Below, in pieces: positions 56,021 through 64,000 of a stretch of 64,000 nt of DNA. Each line of letters begins with the position of its first letter. Position 1 is the stretch's first letter. Origin of the DNA: Chitinophagales bacterium (GTDB lineage Bacteria; Bacteroidota; Bacteroidia; Chitinophagales; JADJOU01); contig JAURJQ010000011.1 of the NCBI GenBank assembly GCA_030832185.1, positions 16,339 to 80,338 on the forward strand, read 5' to 3'. The notes under the pieces are model-generated. The model was not told the DNA's origin, made no database searches, and saw only the letters and a program-made list of their open reading frames with translations. The position numbers and the translations under genes were made by a program.

Positions 56021-57586
56021 CTATCTTTTTTTAGAGCTATATACCGTAATTGGTATGATCATTTCTTCCAATGATATTCCGCCATGCTGAAAGGAATCTT
56101 TAAAGAAATTGACGAATTGGTTGTAGTTATTCTGATAAATCAAAAATACATCTTCCTTCGCAAAAATATAAGAGGTACTCATATTGGCCTGCGGCAGACC
56201 TGCTTCTTCTGGTTTGCGTATGGCATAGACGTCTTTTTCATTGAACTGGAGATTTTTCCCTGCTTTATAGCGAATATTAGTGCTTGTCAATCGATCTCCT
56301 ACGCATTTAGAAGGCTTCATCACCTGGGTGGTACCATGATCTGTCGTGACAATGATATTGACATCTTTAGTCTGCAATTTTTTTATCAAGGAGAATAAAC
56401 TCGAATGCTCAAACCATGAGACGGTAAGTGATCTGAACGCTTTTTCATCTCTGGCTAGTTCCTTCATGACTTCCATTTCCGTTCTTGAATGTGAGATCAT
56501 ATCAACGAAATTATAGACTATCGCATTGAACTGCTTATGTAGCAGATTGGAAAAATCTTTTGTCAGTTGATTCCCGTCTTCTAAATGGATGATTTTATTA
56601 TAACTGTGCTTAATCGGGTTTTTAAAATTCTTACTAAGTTGGTGCGCTAAGAGTTCTTTTTCAAATAGGTTTTTACCACCCTCTTCATCATCATTTTTCC
56701 AGAAACTTGGTAGTTGTTTGGATATTTCTAATGGTGTCATTCCTGAGAAAATGGCATTTCGACTATATTGCGTTGCTGTAGGTAAAATACTGAAAAAAGC
56801 ATCCTCATCTACACGGTTAAATAATTCGTCAAAATAAGGCTGAATCATTTTCCACTGATCATATCGAAGATTATCTATGAGGATAAAGAAGGTGGGTTTT
56901 TCTTGCTGTATGAATGGGTAGACCTTCTTACGAAACAAGGTATGCGATAGGGTAGGAGTATCTGCACTCATTGAGTTTTTCATCCAGTTTTCATAGTGCT
57001 TTATGACGAATTTACTGAACTCCACATTGGCTTCTTTCTTTTGCATTTCCATGATATGAAACATTTCATCCGAATTTGCATTATCTAGCTCCAGTTCCCA
57101 ATAGACGAGATTTTTATATAATTCTACCCATTCATGATAGTCCGATACGGTCTGTATGGTCATGAAAAGTTTTTGAAACTCCTGTTGGTATGCTTGAGAC
57201 GTTTTCTGTGTAATGAGTCTTTTATTATCTATCAGCTTTTTTAGTGTGAGAATAATCTGCTGGGGCTTGACGGGTTTTATGAGATAATCTGCTATCTGAG
57301 ATCCAATAGCTTCTTCCATAAGGTCTTCCTCTTCATTTTTAGTAATGAGCACTATAGGAATAGAGTTTTTTACTTTTTTGATTTCTTGCAATGTTTCAAG
57401 TCCACTCAGTCCTGGCATAGATTCATCGAGAAATACTACGTCAAAATTTTCTTCCTGCACCTGGTCTAGAGCGTCTTGTCCATTGGATACAGCTACTACT
57501 TGATAGCCTCTATCTTCTAGATAGGTGATATGAGATTTTAAAAAATCTACCTCATCATCCGCCCATAAAATTCTAATTTTCTCCAT
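56021..57586 (-). CDS. porX: Response regulator with C-terminal PglZ (alkaline-phosphatase-superfamily) domain, PorX-type
   Basis: Receiver domain (ILWADDE...VVFLDESMPGLSG...KP) plus a roughly 390-aa PglZ-like domain (IIVTTDHGT). The 521 aa size and architecture match T9SS regulator PorX. Confidence 0.8.
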   Translation of the reverse strand: MEKIRILWADDEVDFLKSHITYLEDRGYQVVAVSNGQDALDQVQEENFDVVFLDESMPGLSGLETLQEIKKVKNSIPIVLITKNEEEDLMEEAIGSQIADYLIKPVKPQQIILTLKKLIDNKRLITQKTSQAYQQEFQKLFMTIQTVSDYHEWVELYKNLVYWELELDNANSDEMFHIMEMQKKEANVEFSKFVIKHYENWMKNSMSADTPTLSHTLFRKKVYPFIQQEKPTFFILIDNLRYDQWKMIQPYFDELFNRVDEDAFFSILPTATQYSRNAIFSGMTPLEISKQLPSFWKNDDEEGGKNLFEKELLAHQLSKNFKNPIKHSYNKIIHLEDGNQLTKDFSNLLHKQFNAIVYNFVDMISHSRTEMEVMKELARDEKAFRSLTVSWFEHSSLFSLIKKLQTKDVNIIVTTDHGTTQVMKPSKCVGDRLTSTNIRYKAGKNLQFNEKDVYAIRKPEEAGLPQANMSTSYIFAKEDVFLIYQNNYNQFVNFFKDSFQHGGISLEEMIIPITVYSSKKR

Positions 57587-57654
57587 ATATTATACTCTTT
57601 TTGAATAAAAAATAACCCATCAATTTCAAGTATAATAACGTGCTTGAAATAGTT

Positions 57655-57676
57655 TCGGTCATTTTTTTTGACCGAT
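57655..57676. other. Perfect 7-bp hairpin with T8 loop
   Basis: TCGGTCA tttttttt TGACCGA lies in the porX upstream region. Confidence 0.5.
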
Positions 57677-57714
57677 TACTAATTCATATACGGTACTAGT
57701 GACTCTAAAATCAA

Positions 57715-57751
57715 ATATCCTGCGAAGATAACAAATATCAACGCAGGATAT
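57715..57751 (-). terminator. Perfect 10-bp hairpin, likely terminator of the upstream minus-strand small gene
   Basis: ATATCCTGCG (57715-57724) pairs with CGCAGGATAT (57742-57751) across a 17-nt loop. On the minus strand it is followed by ttgatttta. It lies 33 nt past the TAA that ends the read-on frame. Confidence 0.45.
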
Positions 57752-57783
57752 ACGATTGTAGTATATAAAATTAATTAAGGTAC

Positions 57784-57984
57784 TTAAATTCCTACTTTAA
57801 TCTGATAATTAGCTTTGATTTTTATCTCTAATGTATCTGTTGTAGGGTTTGGTAAGACTCCTGTAAAAGCATAAGTAAAATTAACCTTTTCTTTTATGTA
57901 ATATTTCATATCTAAAGCAGTATTTACGGGTAAATTTAACTGAGATCCACCAGGCGAAAAGGTATCTGGTGAAAGAATCTTAAT
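57784..57984 (-). other. 66-codon stop-free continuation in frame with CDS 57985..58332, beyond its TAG
   Basis: Hand translation gives IKILSPDTFSPGGSQLNLPVNTALDMKYYIKEKVNFTYAFTGVLPNPTTDTLEIKIKANYQIKVGI, then TAA at 57784-57786. Confidence 0.6.
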
Positions 57985-58332
57985 CTAATCTGCTTTCACA
58001 TCACTATGGGAGTTATATGTATAAGATTTAACATTTTTAAAATTATTTGGGAGTGTCTTAGCAGGAAAAATTATTTCTAGCTCCATAGAATTTATAGCCA
58101 GAGACTTGATATATTTAGCTGCTAGTTCGGCATTATTTTTCTTAATTTCAGCTTCGAAGTCTATAGTTTCAGTCTCACTTGAAAAACTAATAGATGATGC
58201 ACTACCACTTGGTGGTACTTTTAAGATTAGAGCATCTCCATTAATACTAAAATAGGCAGATGCCAATTCCTTTAGCTTATCGCTACTGGACAAGAGACCT
58301 AAGACTCCTATTACTAATAATAATTTATTCAT
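57985..58332 (-). CDS. Hypothetical small secreted protein (possibly truncated by an in-frame TAG)
   Basis: Signal-peptide-like start MNKLLLVIGVLGLLSS. 115 aa, ending at TAG 57985-57987. Confidence 0.55.
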   Translation of the reverse strand: MNKLLLVIGVLGLLSSSDKLKELASAYFSINGDALILKVPPSGSASSISFSSETETIDFEAEIKKNNAELAAKYIKSLAINSMELEIIFPAKTLPNNFKNVKSYTYNSHSDVKAD

Positions 58333-58376
58333 AAACTTTTTTTAGTTTGGATTACAAAGACAACTACTACTATGTT

Positions 58377-58413
58377 AAAAAATAAAAAAATTCTCCCAAA
58401 GGGAGACTTTTTT
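58377..58413 (-). terminator. Intrinsic (bidirectional-looking) terminator after tsf
   Basis: Stem TCTCCC/GGGAGA (58392-58406) with a 3-nt loop, flanked by an A-run on one side and a T-run on the other. Confidence 0.7.
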
Positions 58414-58469
58414 AAAACTCATTTTATCCGAAAGACTGTTTTTGTCTTTCAAATATCTACATAAGTGAA

Positions 58470-59303
58470 CTATTTAGTGCCCAACTCCGCTCTATAAAAG
58501 CCCAGTACAGTAACATCTTTGTCCGTTTCTTTTATAACTTGCTCTATTGTTTTTTTATTATCCTTAATATATTCTTGTTTCAAAAGGGTAAATTCTTTGT
58601 AGAATTTATTCAATGCTCCTTCTGCTATTTTTTCAAGAATATTCTCAGGCTTACCTTCTTCTATTGCTTTTTCTCTAGCTATTACTTTTTCTCTTTCTTT
58701 CTGCTCTTCTGTGACAGAAGACTCATCTACTGCTACTGGCTTCATAGCTGTAATTTGCATGGCTAAAGACTTACCTAAATCAGATAATTCTTCACTAGCT
58801 TTACTTAAGGCTATTATAGCACCAGAACGGTTATTGTGGTTGTAGAAACTTACTTGAGGTCCTTCAATAGCAGCAAAGCTCTGAATAGAAATATTCTCTC
58901 CTATCACACCTACTTTTTCAGCGATTCTTTCCTGCACACTTATTCCGCCAAGATCAGCGGACAATAGAGCTTCTGAACTAGTGATTTTTGCTTTGATAGC
59001 TATATCTGCCACTGAGTTAGTGAATTCTACGAATCCATCATTCTTTGATACGAAATCTGTTTCACAACCCATCTGTAACATAACCCCAAAATTAGCGTCT
59101 GCATTTGTTTTTATGATAATACAGCCTTCATTAGCATCTCTTCCTGCTCTAAGTTCTGCTACCTTAGCTCCTTTTTTTCTCAAATAGTCTATGGCTCCGT
59201 CCATGTTGCCGCTAGCTTCTTCTAGAGCTTTTTTGCAGTCCATCATACCGGCTCCAGTGATATCTCTTAGTTTTTTTACGTCAGCTGCGCTTATTGCACT
59301 CAT
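58470..59303 (-). CDS. tsf: Translation elongation factor Ts
   Basis: The start ISAADVKKLRDITGAGMMDCKKALEE is canonical EF-Ts. Confidence 0.95.
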   Translation of the reverse strand: MSAISAADVKKLRDITGAGMMDCKKALEEASGNMDGAIDYLRKKGAKVAELRAGRDANEGCIIIKTNADANFGVMLQMGCETDFVSKNDGFVEFTNSVADIAIKAKITSSEALLSADLGGISVQERIAEKVGVIGENISIQSFAAIEGPQVSFYNHNNRSGAIIALSKASEELSDLGKSLAMQITAMKPVAVDESSVTEEQKEREKVIAREKAIEEGKPENILEKIAEGALNKFYKEFTLLKQEYIKDNKKTIEQVIKETDKDVTVLGFYRAELGTK

Positions 59304-59410
59304 AATTATGTGTTTTTAAATGTGAATTGAATTACTATGTTTGAATAAAGAAAAGAGATATGGAAGTTCTCTGAACTGACCATATCTCTTTCTTATCTTT
59401 TTATTTATTA

Positions 59411-60220
59411 TTAATCTTCAGAGGGAGCCGACTCTACTGCAGGTGCTGCTTCCTCTGCTTCAGGCACTACGTTTGTAGGCTCTACGTGAGTTACTTCTGC
59501 CGCATTCTCAGCATTCGCTTCCTCTTTAGCTGTAGCTTTTTCTTTTCTACCTTCATTAATACAGGCCGCTAAATAAGTCACAATGTACTCTATAGATTTG
59601 GAGCTATCATCATTCGCAGGGATAGCAAAATTTACTTTATTTGGATCAGAGTTCGTATCTACCATGCCTAGAGTATTGATCCCTAGTTTTTTGCACTCAG
59701 ATATAGCTATGTCTTCATGGAATATATCTACTACAAATACGGCTTGAGGAATTCTATTTAGGTTAGCTATACCTCCTAGTACTTTCTCTAGTTTATCTTT
59801 CTGACGTGAAAGCATTAACCGCTCTTTTTTGGTAATATTTTTTACGGTTCCGTCCTTAAACATTTTATCTATGTTCTGCATTTTTCTTACCGATTTACGG
59901 ATAGTAGCGAAGTTGGTAAGCATACCACCTAACCATCTCTCCGTAACAAATGGCATCTCACAGCTCATAGCAGCTTTTTTTACGATATCTTTTGCTTGTT
60001 TTTTTGTAGCTACAAATAATACAGTCTTATCATTTTTAGCCATATTTCTCAATACATTGCCAGCTTCTTCTAGCTTAGCAGCTGTTTTATTAAGATCTAT
60101 TACATGTATTCCTTTCTTTTCTGAGAAAATATAAGGAAGCATTTTTGGATTCCACTTTTTTCTTAGGTGTCCGAAATGAACGCCTGCTTCTAACATTGCT
60201 TTTTGATCTATCGATGCCAT
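59411..60220 (-). CDS. rpsB: 30S ribosomal protein S2
   Basis: MLEAGVHFGH...WNPKM start, with an acidic/Ala-rich C-terminal tail. Confidence 0.95.
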   Translation of the reverse strand: MASIDQKAMLEAGVHFGHLRKKWNPKMLPYIFSEKKGIHVIDLNKTAAKLEEAGNVLRNMAKNDKTVLFVATKKQAKDIVKKAAMSCEMPFVTERWLGGMLTNFATIRKSVRKMQNIDKMFKDGTVKNITKKERLMLSRQKDKLEKVLGGIANLNRIPQAVFVVDIFHEDIAISECKKLGINTLGMVDTNSDPNKVNFAIPANDDSSKSIEYIVTYLAACINEGRKEKATAKEEANAENAAEVTHVEPTNVVPEAEEAAPAVESAPSED

Positions 60221-60273
60221 CTATATCTATTTACGTTGGTTGATTAAATAAGTTCAATTATACTATCTAGAGA

Positions 60274-60669
60274 TTAACGCTTACTATATTGTTCTCTCTT
60301 ACGGGCTTTTCTGAGACCAGTTTTCTTACGCTCTACTACTCTAGCGTCTCTTGTCATAAGTCTTTCAGCTCTAAGTGCTGGTTTATTTTCTGCATTATCC
60401 TGTACGAGTGCTCTAGCTATAGCTAGAGTAATAGCATCAGTTTGTCCTTTGATTCCACCACCATTTACGTTGACACTTACATCAAATGTCTCCGCCATAT
60501 CTAGTGTTCTAAGAGGCTTCATAAGCGCATCTTGCATGAACTGGAGTGGAAAATAATTTTTCAAATCTTTACCATTGATAGTGATTTTCCCACTACCCTT
60601 TGTTATGAATACTCGTGCTACAGAAGACTTTCTTCTGCCTACGGTAATAATATTTTTTTTTGTTGCCAT
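60274..60669 (-). CDS. rpsI: 30S ribosomal protein S9
   Basis: GRRKSSVARV and GGGIKGQTDAITLAIARAL motifs, with a C-terminal ...KREQYSKR. Confidence 0.95.
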   Translation of the reverse strand: MATKKNIITVGRRKSSVARVFITKGSGKITINGKDLKNYFPLQFMQDALMKPLRTLDMAETFDVSVNVNGGGIKGQTDAITLAIARALVQDNAENKPALRAERLMTRDARVVERKKTGLRKARKREQYSKR

Positions 60670-60702
60670 TCTTTTATTAATGATAATTTTGTAAAATATG
60701 AA

Positions 60703-61149
60703 TTAATCTAATTTAAATGTTACTGGCTTCTGAGCAGCATGTGGATGATCAACCCCTTCGAATAGGTGCAATTTCCTGAACATTTGCTTGCCAAGTGGGC
60801 TTTTTGGTAACATACCTTTAACAGCAGTTTCGATCATTGACTTTGGATTTTTTACATTTAAGTCTTTAGCTATGATAGATTTTTGACCGCCTGGGTAGCC
60901 TGAATATCTCAAATATTCCTTTTGGCTCCACTTATTACCTGATAAATGAATTTTGCCGCAATTTAAAATAATTACATTGTCACCTGCATCATCATGCGGA
61001 GTGTATGAAGGCTTGTGCTTACCTCTTAGGATACTGGCTACTTTTGTACACATTCTACCTAAAGTTAAACCTTGCGCATCTATTACGTACCAGCTCTTTT
61101 GGTGCTCTCTCTTACTTACAAATCTTGTCTTATAACTTAATTGATCCAC
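60703..61149 (-). CDS. rplM: 50S ribosomal protein L13
   Basis: GTG start, with WYVIDAQGLTLGRMCTKVASILRGKHKPSYTPH. Confidence 0.95.
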   Translation of the reverse strand: MDQLSYKTRFVSKREHQKSWYVIDAQGLTLGRMCTKVASILRGKHKPSYTPHDDAGDNVIILNCGKIHLSGNKWSQKEYLRYSGYPGGQKSIIAKDLNVKNPKSMIETAVKGMLPKSPLGKQMFRKLHLFEGVDHPHAAQKPVTFKLD

Positions 61150-61187
61150 TTTCTTATATTTTTAGTGTTATAATTTTTTTGGGAGTG

Positions 61188-61195
61188 CAAATATA
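61188..61195 (-). promoter_or_regulatory. -7 box TATATTTG (minus strand) for rplM-rpsI-rpsB-tsf
   Basis: The plus strand caaatata is TATATTTG on the minus strand, about 39 nt upstream of the rplM GTG. Confidence 0.55.
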
Positions 61196-61330
61196 GAAAT
61201 TTATTTTCAATAAATATGTATATTTTTATTTTTTGGCCTAAAATAAACTGATAATCAGTTAATTTATGGTCTAAAATATTTTTTTACAATGTTATTTTAT
61301 AAAAGTAATGCTATTTTCTAGAAATTAGTT

Positions 61331-61338
61331 TATATTTG
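61331..61338 (+). promoter_or_regulatory. -7 box TATATTTG driving the short structured transcript below
   Basis: Exact TAnnTTTG match (tagtttatatttgtgg) in the divergent rplM/receptor intergenic region. Confidence 0.5.
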
Positions 61339-61344
61339 TGGTAA

Positions 61345-61422
61345 GGTTTTCTCGACGAAAGTCGGGATTAGTTTTGTTTTCATAGTATTTTGGAGCTTGG
61401 TTTAGACCAAGCTCCTTTTTTT
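61345..61422 (+). ncRNA. Candidate ~80-nt sRNA or terminator-type leader
   Basis: CTCGAC-GAAA-GTCGGG hairpin (61351-61366), a U-rich spacer, then a perfect 10-bp stem GGAGCTTGGT/ACCAAGCTCC (61392-61415) with loop TTAG and T7 (61416-61422). It contains no ATG. Confidence 0.45.
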
Positions 61423-61483
61423 ATACTTGCTTAACGATTTATAAGACTCAGTCTCATAGCCTAGTGCTTATCTTCGCACCCTT

Positions 61484-63868
61484 ATGAAATTATTTTTTAC
61501 CTTATTTTTGATTAGTAGCAGTCTTTTTTCTCAAGAAAAATTTTCTGTGAATGGTCTGGTCTTCGATGAGCAGCAAAAGCCTATTTTGTTAGCAACAATA
61601 AAGGTAGTATCCAATGGAAAACTTATCACAGGCACCAAAACAAATAAGAATGGTGAATTTAGTTTAGAATTAGCCTCTGACAATTATACTATTGAATCTA
61701 GCTTCATAGGATATAAAGCCACTACGACGAATATAGCCGTTGTGAATAAAGATCTAACCGTTCCCAATATTATTTTAAAATCGAATGTTCCCAAATTGAC
61801 GGAAGTATTAGTCTCAGGAAATAAAAGTACGAAGGCATCTGCTATCGATAAAAAAGAATATAGTCCTTCTCAACTATTGAATGCTCAAAATGCTTCTGCG
61901 GCAGAGCTTATCAATGCACTACCTTCTATCAATATGGGAAATGATGGCGGGAATGTTTCTTTCAGAGGCGATGAGAATGTAGCGGTTATGATTAATGGAA
62001 AGATGTCTTCTCTCACAGGCCAAAATCTAAGTCAAATACCCGCTTCCTCTATCGAGAAAATAGAAATCATCTCCGTACCCAACTCTAAGTACAATAGCGA
62101 GGGTTCCGCGGGGATTATTAACATAGTTTTGAAAAATGCCAATGCTAATTTCAACGGGGGCTATGTGCTAGGAAGTATAGGGAATAATAATAAGTACAAT
62201 GGACAAGTGGGATATAATTTTTCGAGAGGGAAATTAGCCATATCATCTTCCTACAACTATACCTATAATGAATTCTTGAGCTGTGGCTGGTCCAATAGAG
62301 AATATTTATTAAATCCGGATCTCAATTCGTATAGACATTTAAGCGATGGTGAACGAACTAAACGCCTTCATGCATTTAGACTGGGCATAGATTATGAATT
62401 GGATAAAAGAAATTTGATTTCAGTTATGGGTAATATAAGTAAAGACTGGGGAAGTGGATATTCGCTAGATAAGGATACATTTCGAACTAATACGAAAGCC
62501 TTATATTCTATTTGGAATCTCGATAATCAGAGTCAGGATATCAATACATTGTATGATATCAATCTATCCTATCTGCACTGGATGCCAAATATGAAAGATA
62601 AGTGGACAGTTGAATTCTCAAGGTCTGATAATATGAATGATAATGTCAATTCGTTTAATAGGAATTATGTTTTCGATTTAGGAGGTCCTAATGTATTTAC
62701 CACAAACTATCGTGTCGAGAATCTGCAGCGAAGACCCATTACTGCTATTCAAACGGATTATATACTGAATATTAATCCAAATCATCAGTTTGAAACTGGA
62801 CTCAGACTGGCAAATAGAGATTTCCGATTTACCAATGATTACAAAGAATTTGAAGTTTTAATATCCAAATGGACGAATGATTTTAGATTTGAAGAAAATG
62901 TTATGAGCGGCTATGGATTATGGAGCAGTCAGTGGTCTGAGAAATTAAATTCAAAAATAGGATTACGACTAGAGCAGACGAATACAGAGAGTTTTAATAT
63001 AGATTCATCTCTTTTTCAGAATAACTACTTCAATGCATTTCCTTCTGTCATGCTGCGGTATCAGTTAGCTAAAAGTCAGTTTATAAGTGGCTCCTACAGT
63101 ATGCGTATCAATAGACCTGGGCCAGGTATGCTCAATCCACTGCAAGACGTCTCAGATCCTATCAGCAAACGATTAGGAAATCCTAGATTGCAGCCAGAAA
63201 TTATTAACTCCTATGAACTGGGTTATGGAAATGATGTATCTAAAACGCTCTCATTTTCTATCAGCCTATACTATAAAGTCTCTAATAATGCGATTACGCG
63301 ATTTCTTAGCACGAATCCTGATGGCACTATATTCGTAACCATAGACAATATTGGAAAATCGACGTTTTCGGGCTGGGAATGGATAGCTAACTACAAACTG
63401 AATAAGCAAGTGAGTTTTAACTTCAGTTCAAATCTTTCTTACAATACCTTGAATTATACTACCCAGACAGCAGTCTATGAAAGAGATTATATCAACTGGC
63501 AAGCACGCGGTATCTTAAACATAAAACTACCATGGGATATAGAAGGACAGGTCATTGGATTCTATAAATCTCCCTTGGAATCGCCGCAAGGTTCCGTTCA
63601 CTTTATGAGCAATGTGGATCTTTCTCTCCGCAAAAAACTATTTAATCAAAAAGCGAATATTATACTCACCGTCTTTGATATCTTCAATGACACTAAGTTT
63701 AGGTTAAATAATGCAGATGTCGATTTTCTTAATGAATTCGAGCGGAAGCGAGAGACACGTTATTTCACCCTCAGTTTTCGCTATAATTTCGGTTCTGAAA
63801 ATACCAGCAAGAAGCCAAAAATAGAAAAGCCAGAACCTAGAGAGGGCGGGGGAGAAGGCGGAATGTAG
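61484..63868 (+). CDS. TonB-dependent receptor-like outer-membrane beta-barrel protein (CarbopepD_reg + plug + OMP_b-brl_3-like barrel)
   Basis: Signal peptide, VNGLVFDEQQKPILLATI CarbopepD_reg-like start, plug, a long barrel ending ...YFTLSFRYNFG, and a charged tail. Confidence 0.8.
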   Translation: MKLFFTLFLISSSLFSQEKFSVNGLVFDEQQKPILLATIKVVSNGKLITGTKTNKNGEFSLELASDNYTIESSFIGYKATTTNIAVVNKDLTVPNIILKSNVPKLTEVLVSGNKSTKASAIDKKEYSPSQLLNAQNASAAELINALPSINMGNDGGNVSFRGDENVAVMINGKMSSLTGQNLSQIPASSIEKIEIISVPNSKYNSEGSAGIINIVLKNANANFNGGYVLGSIGNNNKYNGQVGYNFSRGKLAISSSYNYTYNEFLSCGWSNREYLLNPDLNSYRHLSDGERTKRLHAFRLGIDYELDKRNLISVMGNISKDWGSGYSLDKDTFRTNTKALYSIWNLDNQSQDINTLYDINLSYLHWMPNMKDKWTVEFSRSDNMNDNVNSFNRNYVFDLGGPNVFTTNYRVENLQRRPITAIQTDYILNINPNHQFETGLRLANRDFRFTNDYKEFEVLISKWTNDFRFEENVMSGYGLWSSQWSEKLNSKIGLRLEQTNTESFNIDSSLFQNNYFNAFPSVMLRYQLAKSQFISGSYSMRINRPGPGMLNPLQDVSDPISKRLGNPRLQPEIINSYELGYGNDVSKTLSFSISLYYKVSNNAITRFLSTNPDGTIFVTIDNIGKSTFSGWEWIANYKLNKQVSFNFSSNLSYNTLNYTTQTAVYERDYINWQARGILNIKLPWDIEGQVIGFYKSPLESPQGSVHFMSNVDLSLRKKLFNQKANIILTVFDIFNDTKFRLNNADVDFLNEFERKRETRYFTLSFRYNFGSENTSKKPKIEKPEPREGGGEGGM

Positions 63869-63869
63869 T

Positions 63870-63955
63870 TGGTGGGCAGTAGAAAGTGACCAGACATCAG
63901 TAGTCAGTCTCAGTGGGCGGTCATTAGTTTATAGTGAATAGTCGCAGTATCACTC
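63870..63955. repeat. AGT-word low-complexity element (CAGT/TAGT/AGTGA words)
   Basis: gggcagtagaaagtgaccagacatcagtagtcagtctcagtgggcggtcattagtttatagtgaatagtcgcagtatcactc lies directly after the receptor stop. Confidence 0.5.
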
Positions 63956-64000
63956 AACACTTACTCTGTCAACCATTTCTTCCTTTCAGTAACGTATTTT

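Noticed and set aside
59411-59545. Acidic/Ala/Glu-rich C-terminal tail of ribosomal protein S2 (…EEANAENAAEVTHVEPTNVVPEAEEAAPAVESAPSED)
   Set aside because: As far as I recall, such low-complexity S2 extensions are common in Bacteroidota. It is not an anomaly by itself.
61351-61366. CGACGAAAGTCGGG resembles the GGAAAGUCCGGGC core of RNase P RNA
   Set aside because: The unit is only about 80 nt, lacks the rest of the RNase P conserved regions, and ends in a terminator. The resemblance is limited to a GNRA hairpin.
1-64000. Alternative genetic code (stop-codon reassignment) as an explanation for the two in-frame stops near porX
   Set aside because: All other genes, including the 2490-codon sprA and ribosomal protein genes, have expected lengths and termini under the standard code with TAA/TAG/TGA stops. 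Two isolated cases fit pseudogenisation better.
1-64000. CRISPR arrays, rRNA operons, transposases, integrases, prophage or restriction/defence genes
   Set aside because: None was found by eye. There are no regularly spaced direct repeats, no recombinase-like ORFs and no tRNA-adjacent island. The tRNA-Leu 3' flank runs straight into relA.

Overview
This is an AT-rich chromosomal segment that reads as Bacteroidota (Flavobacteriia/Cytophagia-like) core genome. Supporting evidence: type IX secretion genes sprA (2490 aa) and porX, TonB-dependent receptors, and TAnnTTTG-type -7 promoter boxes in front of many genes with no obvious Shine-Dalgarno sites. The window holds about 56 protein genes at high coding density. 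It also has one tRNA cluster (Cys-GCA, Gly-GCC, Leu-UAA), a ribosomal operon (rplM-rpsI-rpsB-tsf), cell-wall genes (mrdA-rodA, an mpl-like ligase), relA/spoT, mnmA, ruvA, holA, aroK, lipB, selO and assorted metabolism. I found no rRNA, CRISPR array, transposase, integrase, phage gene or recognisable defence gene, so I cannot point to a clear-cut novel multi-gene system. The items most worth a second look are: (1) an orphan consensus promoter, GNRA hairpin and textbook terminator upstream of an outer-membrane receptor, which is a candidate sRNA or attenuator; (2) two small genes flanking porX, each interrupted by a single in-frame stop with a long stop-free continuation, next to a minimal HExxH membrane protein; (3) a MacB-type ABC pair with a His/Glu/Cys-rich periplasmic loop plus a DUF3299-like protein, a putative metal system; (4) a PhoD-like phosphodiesterase without a signal peptide that abuts selO; (5) an Mpl-like Mur ligase fused to a membrane domain; (6) a gpx-vWA-AAA+ (BchD/BchI-like) cluster; (7) several families of intergenic word-like repeats, including a TIR-bounded MITE-like element. 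Coordinates derived by hand (hairpins, promoter boxes, tRNA ends) may be off by 1-2 nt.
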